Origin: a virus
Taxonomy: Duplodnaviria; Caudoviricetes
Reading direction: 5' to 3' (one strand)
Virus record (IMG/VR): IMGVR_UViG_3300046820_001270
Span: 256,001 to 320,000 of that record
DNA: 64,000 bases
Numbering within the stretch: the stretch's first letter is position 1; each line of letters begins with the position of its first letter. This document shows positions 19,501 to 29,176 of this stretch, one piece after another. The notes below the pieces were generated by a model. It was not told where the DNA came from. It did not search any database and was given only the letters and a program-made list of their open reading frames with translations. The translations under genes and the position numbers were made by a program.

Positions 19501-21296
19501 GATCTACAGAATTTATTATTGAGTATGCTAAATCTAAAAAAGAAGACAAAGCATCAAACGCCTCAGTAAAAAATTCATTAGGACCTACAGGTAATATACC
19601 AAGTAGTAATACAAAACCTCCAATAGATGTGATGAAAAGAATCATCATGAAGACTTTATCTGAACAGTATTACTTTAAAAAGTTGGAAGAGACTTCACCA
19701 ATGATTTACACATCATTAAAAGAAAAATTAAAATATTTTCATCCGGGTTTCCATTCAATGACACCTGAAGGATTAAACTCACGTTTAACATTTTTACAAC
19801 AATGTTTACGACCTGGTAATACAATACCGGTGAAAGGTTTATCAGACAATTCAGATATTAACGCAAGAAATACAACATTTGGACCACCACCTATTTGTGT
19901 TTTAAGAGTTGGAGATTTTTACAATTCAAAAGTTATTATAAAAGATCTTAATATACAATTTGAACAAAATGTATGGGATATGAACCCAGAAGGTATTGGT
20001 ATCCAACCAATGATTGCGGACGTAACAATGCAATTAAGTTTCTTAGGAGGACACGGTTTAGAAAAACCTGTAGAAAGATTACAGAATGCTTTGTCATCTA
20101 ATTTCTTTGCAAATACTGAAATGTATGATGAAAGATCTGAATCAACCAATACTAAAATGGGAGGTAAAGATAGTGAAGACTTTACAAGGGAATTTTTACA
20201 AAGTTTAAATGACACACTATTACCAATAACTGGTTTAAAAGATAGTAATGGAAAAGGATATACTGAAGGTCAATATATTGGTACAATTTCTCCTTCCGAT
20301 AAAACGATAGATTATACTACATTAATAAATGATGTATATAAAAGTGTGGAACCATATTTTACCACATACGAAAAAATGTACAATAGTTTAACAAAACAAT
20401 ATGGACATAAAATTGTGAATTTGATGGTTAATAAAACTGAAAGAACAAATAACAAATATGACATATATAGTTCTTCGGGAAATACAACACCAAATCAAGT
20501 TTTGTTATTTGGTAATTTTAAAGACACCTCACCTTTTTCAAAAACTATTGAGACATTAATTGTAAGATTTGAAGTATATCTAACACTCCAAAAAGAAAAC
20601 GAAAAGTACTCAGTTTTAAAATTATTAAAAATTGACGATGATATAACAGATGATCTTAAAGATTTTTATGAAGAAGGTCTTTATGATCATTTTAAGACAT
20701 TCTTTAAAGAAAAAGTTGGAGATTTTGCTTCATCTAAAATTGCAAAAGATTATGAAGATATAAGAAATAAATTAATTGTAAGTTTAGATAAATTAAATAC
20801 CGTTATTAAATATAATGCGGATTTTAAGATAGATAAAAATAAAATTTATAAATTAACAATTACAGGAGATACATCTGAAATGTATAGTGAATATAGTTCA
20901 TGTATGGATTTCATAAAAAGTAATGAACCTAAAATGTATAAAAAATTAGATACATCATTATCTAGTTCATTGGACGACGAAAAAATGAGGGATATTATCT
21001 ATACCGTTTTTTATAATGATTATACGAATGCGTTGGATAATATTGAAAATCAATTTGATACGGAAGATGAAGAAAGTTCTAAAATTGTAGATAAGATTAG
21101 AAGAAAATTAGGTAGAGATTTTTATGAAACTAAAGATATTAATATGGGATTTGGTAAGGTACCAACATTAAAAAATTCTAAAAAAGTGTCATTTGATTAC
21201 ACAGATGAAATATTAGATGAAAATGACGATATTAAAAAACTGTATTCTACACAATATAAACCATCGGACGATAAATTAAATTATTATAAAAAATGA
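16503..21296 (+). CDS. Large tube-initiator / baseplate protein (gp48/gp54-like domains) with an OmpA-C-like insertion
   Basis: Two tube-fold-like segments (WFPPYDLKVSE...LGRPEPIYTYQNTERNGSLSF and PPICVLRVGDFY...IIKDLNIQFE...QPMIADVTMQLSFLG). Between them lies VSSYTS...NFNLSFRRSHS. Confidence 0.6.
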   Translation: MPKYLDFDATKDFRDKMLNRTLNPVYGKSPSPKTFTSSNYSIQTLGDSPNLLLPQVDGNRSNDLLIPQKSNVFKPNEYFVKDSINDIPRRANLNLYPYFIQSDDNLIGIMLTKNYDTESELFKFAANNIRTNPQGPVLARISKNLNTAINAKNKIGEALGGNTTTLINIIRGKQPLIEGNESITVSSSLLGKGFDFLQTVAGTQLPFSTIPGDYLTNPRNPINIRPTNVSTGTKVWQDLTGVLGSIVGIQRRPLPSRKPSDILIEHMGESSKNRLFDLLSFSKYAPNYTTTARSQMSTNVGRIPSQFAQGIKNALGMEAPNSGAYIGDDRENDVKNATTDLFSGRPVRSSYYLTLMFDKVAAELFHKNRGITENGPIGGNLTWLSKNGTTKDISFQYINEDISTKYNFREDSILNITQQILDSKPQNGGDALSHIGHVLDQTSRYFKDGDTLISRGSGVRYMDNSGKDIGVEYARVWTKDRPYFTYGDTMPLWKESVKKPYYNGATGGTGDTTNSKSNFYRRTGIRRFDGSVMTNPWNLNIAPMSDGTTNPEFPGSSNIIKNPKGNGFYAKKYMLSIENLAWAASTLPGYTVNDLPFSERGPNGGRVMWFPPYDLKVSEQNSAKWEPNTFLGRPEPIYTYQNTERNGSLSFKVIVDHPSILNLLIREHFKSVNDEDVDKFLNAFFAGAKDIDFYSLIRQYSHLDSDDIKMIQNYLNDGGSPSDIKRRKTATSSPTQDNPGGSDSFDANKDKVNETLNFYFLNAFPEAGDDLFKSNMSFDLVSNGTILDTKIQEKNKQLLRESLNKIINSTDTKDIEDRESIFKRKDIPSDQTGTTINKKITELENIFTESTTSNSKLIDILTKLKKDLKDENIEGDVVVNVSSYTSKAGEENLNFNLSFRRSHSLFLYLFNNIKKDGTNIDLKKWTFSKLESDVPAKGKERFVIEKEFSIKELGYNGEGSVIFRSNNFGADNNLQSGYCNTTNYNDISLTYYAPSSYGCRSTEFIIEYAKSKKEDKASNASVKNSLGPTGNIPSSNTKPPIDVMKRIIMKTLSEQYYFKKLEETSPMIYTSLKEKLKYFHPGFHSMTPEGLNSRLTFLQQCLRPGNTIPVKGLSDNSDINARNTTFGPPPICVLRVGDFYNSKVIIKDLNIQFEQNVWDMNPEGIGIQPMIADVTMQLSFLGGHGLEKPVERLQNALSSNFFANTEMYDERSESTNTKMGGKDSEDFTREFLQSLNDTLLPITGLKDSNGKGYTEGQYIGTISPSDKTIDYTTLINDVYKSVEPYFTTYEKMYNSLTKQYGHKIVNLMVNKTERTNNKYDIYSSSGNTTPNQVLLFGNFKDTSPFSKTIETLIVRFEVYLTLQKENEKYSVLKLLKIDDDITDDLKDFYEEGLYDHFKTFFKEKVGDFASSKIAKDYEDIRNKLIVSLDKLNTVIKYNADFKIDKNKIYKLTITGDTSEMYSEYSSCMDFIKSNEPKMYKKLDTSLSSSLDDEKMRDIIYTVFYNDYTNALDNIENQFDTEDEESSKIVDKIRRKLGRDFYETKDINMGFGKVPTLKNSKKVSFDYTDEILDENDDIKKLYSTQYKPSDDKLNYYKK

Positions 21297-21619
21297 GTAG
21301 GGATTATTTCGACAGATATCAATTTTTCATAAATGATGGTAAATTTAGAATTGTACCGGGTATTGAAATGCCTATAAAAGGAACAGACAAATATATACAA
21401 TATAAAAAAGGTAGAGATAGATTGGATAAAATATCACAAGAATATTACGGTTCACCCACCTTTGGTTGGATTATTATGATGGCGAACCCGACTGCCGGTC
21501 TTTTGGAGTTTGACATTCCCGATAATTTCTTTTTAAGGATACCATATCCATTAATTAGCTCTTTACAAGATTATAAAAGAGGTGTAGAATTGTATAATCT
21601 ATATTATGGAGAACAATAA
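21293..21619 (+). CDS. LysM-like baseplate protein (T4 gp53 / P2 gpX-like)
   Basis: DRLDKISQEYYGSPTFGWIIMMANP...FDIP...LRIP. Confidence 0.85.
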   Translation: MSRDYFDRYQFFINDGKFRIVPGIEMPIKGTDKYIQYKKGRDRLDKISQEYYGSPTFGWIIMMANPTAGLLEFDIPDNFFLRIPYPLISSLQDYKRGVELYNLYYGEQ

Positions 21620-24600
21620 AATTACAAATACGGAAGATATACATGTTAAGGTCGATCAGAATAATTTAATTTATATTGACCCAAACTCAACTATTGATAG
21701 TCAAGGAAATATATCACCTAGAAATATAAAGGCAGAGAATTTAGTAATGTATGTTAATTTAGAGGCGGACATTATACCCAGATCTATTTTAGCGGCGGAT
21801 AATACAACAAACACATTAACTAGTATTGCAAAAGGAACATTAAATTTTTTAAAAAATAATGATGGAGGTGATTATGATACTTCTTGGACTAACTCTTTTT
21901 TAAACTCAGAAGAGAAAAAAAATGGTTCAGGAACACTCACAGGTGAATTTTTTCAATCAGATAAATCGGGACAAACATTTGGTATTGACAATATTACAAT
22001 TAATATAAAAGGATTTAATTCAATTCCTACAATTAATATTACATTTTTAGATGTGAGAGGTAAAACTTTATTTGAATCACCTGAAAATTCCCCATATAAG
22101 GCATTTTTTCACATCCCATGGCCAATATTTTATTTAACGGTTAAAGGATTTTATGGTAAAGCAATTAGATATAGATTACATATGGTTAAGTTTACAAGTA
22201 AATTTAATGAGTCAAATGGTAATTTTGAAGTTAATACATCTTTTGTTGGATCAACATATGCGTACTTATCTGACATTCCATTACAGGGAATTTTAAATGC
22301 ACCATATCTTTTTCCATATGAATCATCAAAAGTAACAGAAACAAATACAGGTACAAATAGAGAAAAGGAAACTGTAAAAAAATCAACTAAAGGATATGAA
22401 ATATTAAAAACAGTTTATAATGAATATAAACTTAAAGGACTTATAAAAGAAGATTTTCCGGTTAAAACATTAAAAGAGGTAATGACAATATCTAAAACAT
22501 TAGATACGTTATTAGAAAAACAAATTTTTGATCAAGTTGTAGATATGAGAATATTCGCGGGACTAAAACAATTCCAAGAAGATATTGATAAATTTGAGGA
22601 AGCAGTTATCGGATGGGGAAAATTAAATCTTGAATCTGAACCGGAACCATCTTTAACTCAATCAACAACAGACCCCAATAATCCAAAATTATTTTTTTTA
22701 GTTAAATCAAACCCAAGAACCGATAGGTCAAAAGGTATTGATGGGCCAGATGAAGATGGAACGTTTGAACATTTACTTAAATTTTATGGTGATAAAATTA
22801 GAGAAAGTCAATTATTAAGTGATGTTATTCAAAATCAAAAAATTAAACAAAACCCATTATTAAATAAAACCGGATCAAATTTTTCAACTAAATCTTTAGG
22901 TATCAGTAAAGTTGGTAATATGGAACTTTACATTGACGATAAAAATCACCCAAATAAATTTATTGGAATAGCAATTCAAAAACTATTAGATGATGTAAGA
23001 GAAATTCGTACAAAATTCGAACAACAAAGAGAAAAATTACAACGACAAGTTGAAATTAAAATGAATGAAATTGTTAGAGATAAAACTAAAGGTTTTGGTT
23101 TTGAACCTACAATTAGAAATATTTTTGCGGTTATTTTGGCAAATGCGGAGGTTTTAATACGTTTAATGAAAGATGTACATAAAAAGGCATTTGATCAAGC
23201 TGAAACTAGAAAAATGGTAGTTTCACGTTTTTCTAAAGAAAGTATGGGAGATTCAATTTACCCTTGGCCCGAATTAAAGGCCACAGTTAAAGGTAAAGAA
23301 AATACTATTATATATCCAGGAGATCCAGATTGGCAAGCATATTTAGGTTCTGAAAATGCACAAAGATGGCCTGAGGTTGCTTTTCTAGAAACATATATTG
23401 GTGTAACAACAAATAAAGTAGACCCTTTAGCGGAAAAAGAAGCATCCATTAATAAACTATCAAATACCATTCAAAATGATAGTGATATTAAAAAAATAAA
23501 AAAGATAAGTACCGCAAATGAAGTGGTTAATATATTACCATATGTTAATAAAAGTCCAGATTCTTTTATTTATGAATTATATGAAAGATCATTTCACTAT
23601 AGTGTAATTGAATCCTTTAATAAAACGGCAACATGGGAAAAATTAGCAGATTTAGAATTTGGTAATATACAAGAATCTGTTGAAGATGAAAACGGGTTAA
23701 GAAAATTACTAATACAAAATATAAAAGATAAAACAACATTAATATCTCAATTAGAAAAATTATCTCCTTTTGAAAAATATTCATACTATAAAGATAGTTT
23801 ACCTACTACGGATTATTTAAAATCTTTTTATGAACAATCATTTATTATTGAACAATACGTTTCATCTAATAGTGTTGACGATAAAAAGTTATACCAATTT
23901 TTAGATGAAGAATTACAAAATTTCACACCAGAAACTTATAGAAAAAACATTTATCCATATTCTTCAAATGTTTATTTAAATTATATTAGTACGGGTGTAA
24001 CATCTATAACCGATTCTTTATTGAATTGTAGAAATTTCTTAAGTGTTGACACAACACAAGGTTTAGTTTCTGGAGAAGTTAATCCATTATTTTGGTTAAA
24101 AAATGGAGTCACATCTAATTTGTTTTCTAAAAAATTTACATTAACTAATACTAAAGTTAATATTTTAAATACACCATTTTTTCATAGACAATTATTTTCG
24201 GATTTTAACACTATTGGAAGTTCAAGTGGAAAATACGCAGGTTCTGCTTATTTGTTATTAAATTCATTGGCCTTTACTGATTTAGATGAAATTAAAATTG
24301 GAACAACTAAAACAGATTCAAAACCATATACGTTTTTAACATCATCTTTATTTAAAGAAATAGGTTCTTCTCAGTATGTACCTTACCATTTAATTTTAAA
24401 ATGGGGGTCAATATACCACAGACACAAAAAATTCATTAAAGAAGGTGTAGATATTATTGGTGACGTATATGATGGTAATAGTTTAGTAAAAGAAGGTGCA
24501 GTTAAAACAGGTTCAACCGAAACATTAATTGGATTTCAAACAAATAAGTTAGACGGACGAACATTTTTTGATAATGGAAATGATTTAGTTTTTGAACCCG

Positions 24601-27521
24601 AAAATGGTACATACGTAAGTTACGAAGATCAAATTTTTGAACTTGACCCGATATTTGATCCTGGAATTACTTTTGTAGTTACGGGACATACCGACGTAGG
24701 AATACACCCTTATTATGATGATATATTTTATAATATCGTAAATGGAGAAAATTATTTTGATTTTGTAACTGGAAATACTACCGATTATTATAATAAAATA
24801 ACAGGAGGAACATTAAATTTAAAAAATGATGTTTTAGCATATAGTGGAGGTACATTATATTATTGGACACAATATGTTGATGATAGTAAAGTAAACAATA
24901 AAAAGAATACATTTACATTATTACCATCTACAGGAGATAATCTTTTTAAAGGTAAAAAACAATCATTAACAAATGTTAATGAAAATCCATTTTCAAACAA
25001 TTCGTTTGAAATAGAAGAACAAAATAATTTTAGAATAGTTTGGGACGATGAATTAATCAGTAGTAATTTTAGTGGGCAAACATTTGCATCACCTATAGAA
25101 CACACAACTACAATTTCGGGAAAATACGGAATTCAAAATATAACCGATAATTATAAAAAAGTTATGGATTTAATTGCTACATTTAATCCAACAATTTTAG
25201 ATGAATTTGAAAAATATTTTTTATTGTTTGCATCTGAAAAACTTAACTTAAGTGTTTCTGATAAACCTTTTAATGGAGTAGTATTAGATAAATTTCAAGA
25301 TTTATTAAAAGAAATAGTTACAGTACAAAAAGATGTAAAAAATTCTACATCTAACCAAATTTCTATTTTAAAAGAAAAACAAAAAACTAAATTAGAAGAT
25401 ATTAGTAAATTAATTTTATCAAATGATAATTTGATAAAAATTACAATAGGTAATCCTAAAGAATTTGATCCACATACGTTAATTGGTTTTATAGGTGTAG
25501 ATAAAAAAAATACATTTAAATACAACACATATAAAGGTGAATTTGATGGATCTCAGAGTGATGAAAATGTTGATTTAATAAATCTATATTTAGGACCTGA
25601 ACCCGAATACGGGGATTATCAGGATTTCTTTATAGATAATAACATAGAATTTAACGAGGAAAACGTACAAATTTTCAGACCATTAATTTATATATATGCC
25701 GGTTATAAAAATAGTAGTTTTTATAACACAACACCAAACTTTAAACAATATCTTAATGAGTCTATCTTTACCAAATCGGGAGGAGTTGATGAAAGATTAA
25801 ATACATTTTTACTTACATTAATACCTAAGTTTCAAAAAGAATTTAAAATTCAAGAAGACCCAACTAAAATTACATTTTTTGATGGATATAATAATAAACC
25901 ATTAAAAGTTGAATTGTATAATTTCTTTAAATCCATGAACGATAAATGGATTGCCGGTAATTCAATTGGTCAAAGATCGTTGTTAGAAGAATTTTTATTT
26001 TTAGATAGGGCCAATAAAGATATTGGAAATGATTATTATTTTGATTTAACAAGGTTAACCAATATGGGAGACCCTAAAAATTCAAAACAAAGTTTATATG
26101 GTGCTTTATCAATTTTACTACAAGGAACGGGATTTGATATGAGGGCATTACCGGCTTATATTAATTTTTATGGAAATACTTTTTCTAAAAATCCTAAATT
26201 AGTACCATCAAAAAGAATTGCACAAAATCTATTTGGAACATTTTTAGATGTCGATTATCAAGAGTCTCTACCAAAAATTGTAATTCAATATGTTGGTAAG
26301 AATTCGACAAGACCTGAGATGGAGAAAAAAGGTAAATTTAAATTTAGTGACGATAGTTTTAATGTTGGTAATGTTAATAATAATCCACTTATGGTTACTT
26401 TACCTAAAGTATTTAAAACAGGCGATTTAACAAAGTCTAACAAAGTAGTTGCATTTGAAGTAAGTTTTGGTGACCAAAACCAAAGTATTTTTAAAGGAAT
26501 ACAATTAGATCAAGCTTCAATTAAAAATACAAGTGAATCTTTTTATGTATTAGAAAACTTAGCAAGATCCGAATCGGGTTCGTCATCACATAATGTTGAT
26601 ATCGGTTTATATGATTATTATAGACAGGCCTCTTATACTTGTGATGTCACATGTATGGGAAATGTTATGATACAACCAACAATGTATTTTTACCTTAAAA
26701 ACGTACCAATGTTTAAGGGAACGTATTGGATTAGTGAGGTAGCACATTCAATTAAAAGTGGATCGATAACGACTACATTCAAAGGATCAAGAATACCGTA
26801 TACGGCTCTTCCTGATTTAAAAGATTCATTTATGTCAAGTTATCGTACATTATTTGATAAATTACAACAAAAGGCAGTTAATAGAGTTAATGGTGCGGAT
26901 AAGGTTACAGAAACAAGTAAGACCATAACAAATCAAAACGGTGAAAAATTCACATTTGATATGGGAGATTTAAAAAAATCACCTTCTGGTGAAAAACTTG
27001 TCGAGGGAGATGCTTCATTTACACCTCAAGCGGGTATTCCATTTAACGGATATGCAGATTTTAGATATATTACTAAAGTCAAATATCCTAATGAAAATAG
27101 TCTTTGGTTAAGAGCAATTGTGGCTAGAATGGGTGAGAAGAAATATCCAATAAAAGATGAAGTTGTCATGTCAGTAGTTTCATCAAATAGTAAAATCATA
27201 ACAAGTCCTAAATTTACGTGGAAACAAGCGTCTGAATTTACAAACGATTATTATTTTTATGCAACAAAATTCTTATTTGATAAAGTACCCGCATCAAAAG
27301 TTACAACGTTAACCTCAACGTTTTTTAATCCAGCAAATAATGTAACAATTATAGTTCCACCAAAATATGAATTAAATGATAAAACCACAACTCCTATTGA
27401 ATTCTCAGGTCCAATTGATATAATAAGAGATGAGGAACCATATGGTATGGTATTATCTTCTAAGTTAATGTTAGACTTAGGTTTACAAGATGGTGATATT
27501 GTTTACTTCAATGTTGGATAA
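21606..27521 (+). CDS. Very large baseplate hub protein (gp27/gpD-like)
   Basis: N-terminal FGIDNITINI...INITFLDVRG. C-terminal YTCDVTCMGNVMIQPTMYFYL...FKGTYWISEVAHSI...TTFKGSR typical of hub OB/beta-barrel ends. Follows the LysM gene. Confidence 0.65.
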   Translation: MENNKITNTEDIHVKVDQNNLIYIDPNSTIDSQGNISPRNIKAENLVMYVNLEADIIPRSILAADNTTNTLTSIAKGTLNFLKNNDGGDYDTSWTNSFLNSEEKKNGSGTLTGEFFQSDKSGQTFGIDNITINIKGFNSIPTINITFLDVRGKTLFESPENSPYKAFFHIPWPIFYLTVKGFYGKAIRYRLHMVKFTSKFNESNGNFEVNTSFVGSTYAYLSDIPLQGILNAPYLFPYESSKVTETNTGTNREKETVKKSTKGYEILKTVYNEYKLKGLIKEDFPVKTLKEVMTISKTLDTLLEKQIFDQVVDMRIFAGLKQFQEDIDKFEEAVIGWGKLNLESEPEPSLTQSTTDPNNPKLFFLVKSNPRTDRSKGIDGPDEDGTFEHLLKFYGDKIRESQLLSDVIQNQKIKQNPLLNKTGSNFSTKSLGISKVGNMELYIDDKNHPNKFIGIAIQKLLDDVREIRTKFEQQREKLQRQVEIKMNEIVRDKTKGFGFEPTIRNIFAVILANAEVLIRLMKDVHKKAFDQAETRKMVVSRFSKESMGDSIYPWPELKATVKGKENTIIYPGDPDWQAYLGSENAQRWPEVAFLETYIGVTTNKVDPLAEKEASINKLSNTIQNDSDIKKIKKISTANEVVNILPYVNKSPDSFIYELYERSFHYSVIESFNKTATWEKLADLEFGNIQESVEDENGLRKLLIQNIKDKTTLISQLEKLSPFEKYSYYKDSLPTTDYLKSFYEQSFIIEQYVSSNSVDDKKLYQFLDEELQNFTPETYRKNIYPYSSNVYLNYISTGVTSITDSLLNCRNFLSVDTTQGLVSGEVNPLFWLKNGVTSNLFSKKFTLTNTKVNILNTPFFHRQLFSDFNTIGSSSGKYAGSAYLLLNSLAFTDLDEIKIGTTKTDSKPYTFLTSSLFKEIGSSQYVPYHLILKWGSIYHRHKKFIKEGVDIIGDVYDGNSLVKEGAVKTGSTETLIGFQTNKLDGRTFFDNGNDLVFEPENGTYVSYEDQIFELDPIFDPGITFVVTGHTDVGIHPYYDDIFYNIVNGENYFDFVTGNTTDYYNKITGGTLNLKNDVLAYSGGTLYYWTQYVDDSKVNNKKNTFTLLPSTGDNLFKGKKQSLTNVNENPFSNNSFEIEEQNNFRIVWDDELISSNFSGQTFASPIEHTTTISGKYGIQNITDNYKKVMDLIATFNPTILDEFEKYFLLFASEKLNLSVSDKPFNGVVLDKFQDLLKEIVTVQKDVKNSTSNQISILKEKQKTKLEDISKLILSNDNLIKITIGNPKEFDPHTLIGFIGVDKKNTFKYNTYKGEFDGSQSDENVDLINLYLGPEPEYGDYQDFFIDNNIEFNEENVQIFRPLIYIYAGYKNSSFYNTTPNFKQYLNESIFTKSGGVDERLNTFLLTLIPKFQKEFKIQEDPTKITFFDGYNNKPLKVELYNFFKSMNDKWIAGNSIGQRSLLEEFLFLDRANKDIGNDYYFDLTRLTNMGDPKNSKQSLYGALSILLQGTGFDMRALPAYINFYGNTFSKNPKLVPSKRIAQNLFGTFLDVDYQESLPKIVIQYVGKNSTRPEMEKKGKFKFSDDSFNVGNVNNNPLMVTLPKVFKTGDLTKSNKVVAFEVSFGDQNQSIFKGIQLDQASIKNTSESFYVLENLARSESGSSSHNVDIGLYDYYRQASYTCDVTCMGNVMIQPTMYFYLKNVPMFKGTYWISEVAHSIKSGSITTTFKGSRIPYTALPDLKDSFMSSYRTLFDKLQQKAVNRVNGADKVTETSKTITNQNGEKFTFDMGDLKKSPSGEKLVEGDASFTPQAGIPFNGYADFRYITKVKYPNENSLWLRAIVARMGEKKYPIKDEVVMSVVSSNSKIITSPKFTWKQASEFTNDYYFYATKFLFDKVPASKVTTLTSTFFNPANNVTIIVPPKYELNDKTTTPIEFSGPIDIIRDEEPYGMVLSSKLMLDLGLQDGDIVYFNVG

Positions 27522-27561
27522 TAACTAAACTTGGGATATTTATATTAATAAAACAAATATT

Positions 27562-27765
27562 ATGGAAAATAATAGATTAAATAATACCATGGATCAGTTT
27601 TTAAACCCTAAAAAAGTTAAAAACGTATCTAATGATGGTATGGAAAGAGAAGAATGTGATTTGGTAACGGGAGAATGTTACACAATCAGAGAAAAAGACG
27701 GAATCGTTGAAAGAATAAATAAAAAATACGTTACAAACGACGGAAGACAATTATTACAAGATTAA
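27562..27765 (+). CDS. Small hypothetical protein (67 aa)
   Basis: ATG-started ORF preceded by TATTTAT at 27537. Confidence 0.7.
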   Translation: MENNRLNNTMDQFLNPKKVKNVSNDGMEREECDLVTGECYTIREKDGIVERINKKYVTNDGRQLLQD

Positions 27766-27769
27766 TACT

Positions 27770-28471
27770 ATGTTAGAGAAAAAATTATTAGAAGAAGTAA
27801 AACGTTTTAATTCCATCAATAAGTATGGTAAGAAAATGATTATGGAGCAAGACGCTCCTCCTGAAGCGCCAGCTGAAGATCCATTAGGAGACGTTCCTCC
27901 TCCACCTCCAGCAGGTGGTGACGCACCAACAGACGTTCCTCCTCCACCTCCAGCAGGTGGTGATGCACCAATGGGTGACGTTCCTCCCCCACCTTCAGCA
28001 GGTGGTGATATGGACACACCTCCAATGGGAGATGCAATGGGTGGTGATACTGAAGAAATTGATATTACAGATTTAGTTAATATGACTAAGAATATCAAAA
28101 ACGATCTTGAAAGTAATAAACAAGACAATTCTGCAGTTATAAATAAAATGGACGATGTATTCACTAAATTGAATGACTTAGAAGGTAAATTGGCTCAAAT
28201 GGACCAAGTTATGGCTAAGATCGATCAATTGGGTGCGACGGTTGAGGCTAATAGACCTAAAACTGAAGTTGAGAAATTAGAAATGAGATCTTTAGATTCA
28301 TATCCATTTAACGAAAAACCACAAGAGTTTTTTTCACACAAACAAAGTGAAATGAGAGCGAGTGGTAAGAATGAGTATGTCTTAACAAAGGACGATGTTG
28401 AAAATTATCCGGTTGACCAAATAAGATCATCATTTAACCAAGAAGACCAAAAAGATGAATATAGCTTCTAA
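27770..28471 (+). CDS. Acidic Pro-rich / coiled-coil protein, possible prohead core or internal protein
   Basis: LLEEVKRF...IMEQ N-terminus, three DVPPPP(P)xAGGD repeats, heptad region LNDLEGKLAQMDQVMAKIDQL. Confidence 0.7.
   Translation: MLEKKLLEEVKRFNSINKYGKKMIMEQDAPPEAPAEDPLGDVPPPPPAGGDAPTDVPPPPPAGGDAPMGDVPPPPSAGGDMDTPPMGDAMGGDTEEIDITDLVNMTKNIKNDLESNKQDNSAVINKMDDVFTKLNDLEGKLAQMDQVMAKIDQLGATVEANRPKTEVEKLEMRSLDSYPFNEKPQEFFSHKQSEMRASGKNEYVLTKDDVENYPVDQIRSSFNQEDQKDEYSF
27888..28010 (+). repeat. Three imperfect copies of gacgttcctcctccacctccagcaggtggtga
   Basis: The repeats encode DVPPPPPAGGD and are directly visible. Confidence 0.85.
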
Positions 28472-28826
28472 AATAAAGTTCCTTATGGAACTTCAGGCTC
28501 AAGTTAAGATTAACCATTGGCAAACCAAGGGTTATGCAAGACATAAAGCTTTCGATGAACTTTACGGAGGTTTAGTTGACTTAACTGATACATTTGCAGA
28601 GGCTGCGATGGGTAAGTACGGTAGATTTACATTGGAGAATGACGATAAAACATTAAACATTGTGAATTTAACCGAATTAGATTTAAAAGAGATGTTACAA
28701 ACATCTAAAGAGGCTTTAATTCAATGGTCAAGTGAGTTCGATTCGACAGATACGGATATAATGAATATACGTGATGAGATTTTGGGATTATTAAATAAAA
28801 TAACATATCTATTAACATTAGATTAA
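28455..28826 (+). CDS. Ferritin-like / Dps-like four-helix protein (DUF5856-like)
   Basis: HWQT..YARHKAFDELY..L..LTD.FAE resembles the Dps signature HW...H...DE.Y......D..AE. Confidence 0.6.
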   Translation: MNIASKIKFLMELQAQVKINHWQTKGYARHKAFDELYGGLVDLTDTFAEAAMGKYGRFTLENDDKTLNIVNLTELDLKEMLQTSKEALIQWSSEFDSTDTDIMNIRDEILGLLNKITYLLTLD

Positions 28827-28842
28827 AATAAAAAAATAAGAA

Positions 28843-29076
28843 ATGGCAATAACAAACGCATCGACAAGACGTACAACTTCGGTTAATGCATTTACAGGAT
28901 TAACATATGTTGATACAATAATAGGTACTGCAGCAAGTAACGGACTTTTTTCTGTTGTAGTGGAAGGTAATTATATTGATGATACAATCACAGGATCAAT
29001 AGTAAGTGCTGGATATGTAGTAAAAAAGAAATTTGACGATATGGGAACTTACCCAAGATATACCATAAATTGGTAA
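28843..29076 (+). CDS. Hypothetical protein (77 aa)
   Basis: ORF with an A-rich leader, followed by a terminator. Confidence 0.65.
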   Translation: MAITNASTRRTTSVNAFTGLTYVDTIIGTAASNGLFSVVVEGNYIDDTITGSIVSAGYVVKKKFDDMGTYPRYTINW

Positions 29077-29101
29077 TCTAAAAATACTTTAAAAATAATT
29101 G

Positions 29102-29130
29102 AACCCAGATTTTATAGTCTGGGTTTTTTT
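29102..29130 (+). terminator. Rho-independent terminator
   Basis: Stem aacccaga / tctgggtt followed by a T run. Confidence 0.75.
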
Positions 29131-29176
29131 ATGTATATTTTAGTATAAATGATTTTATAATTTAAATTTTAATTCT

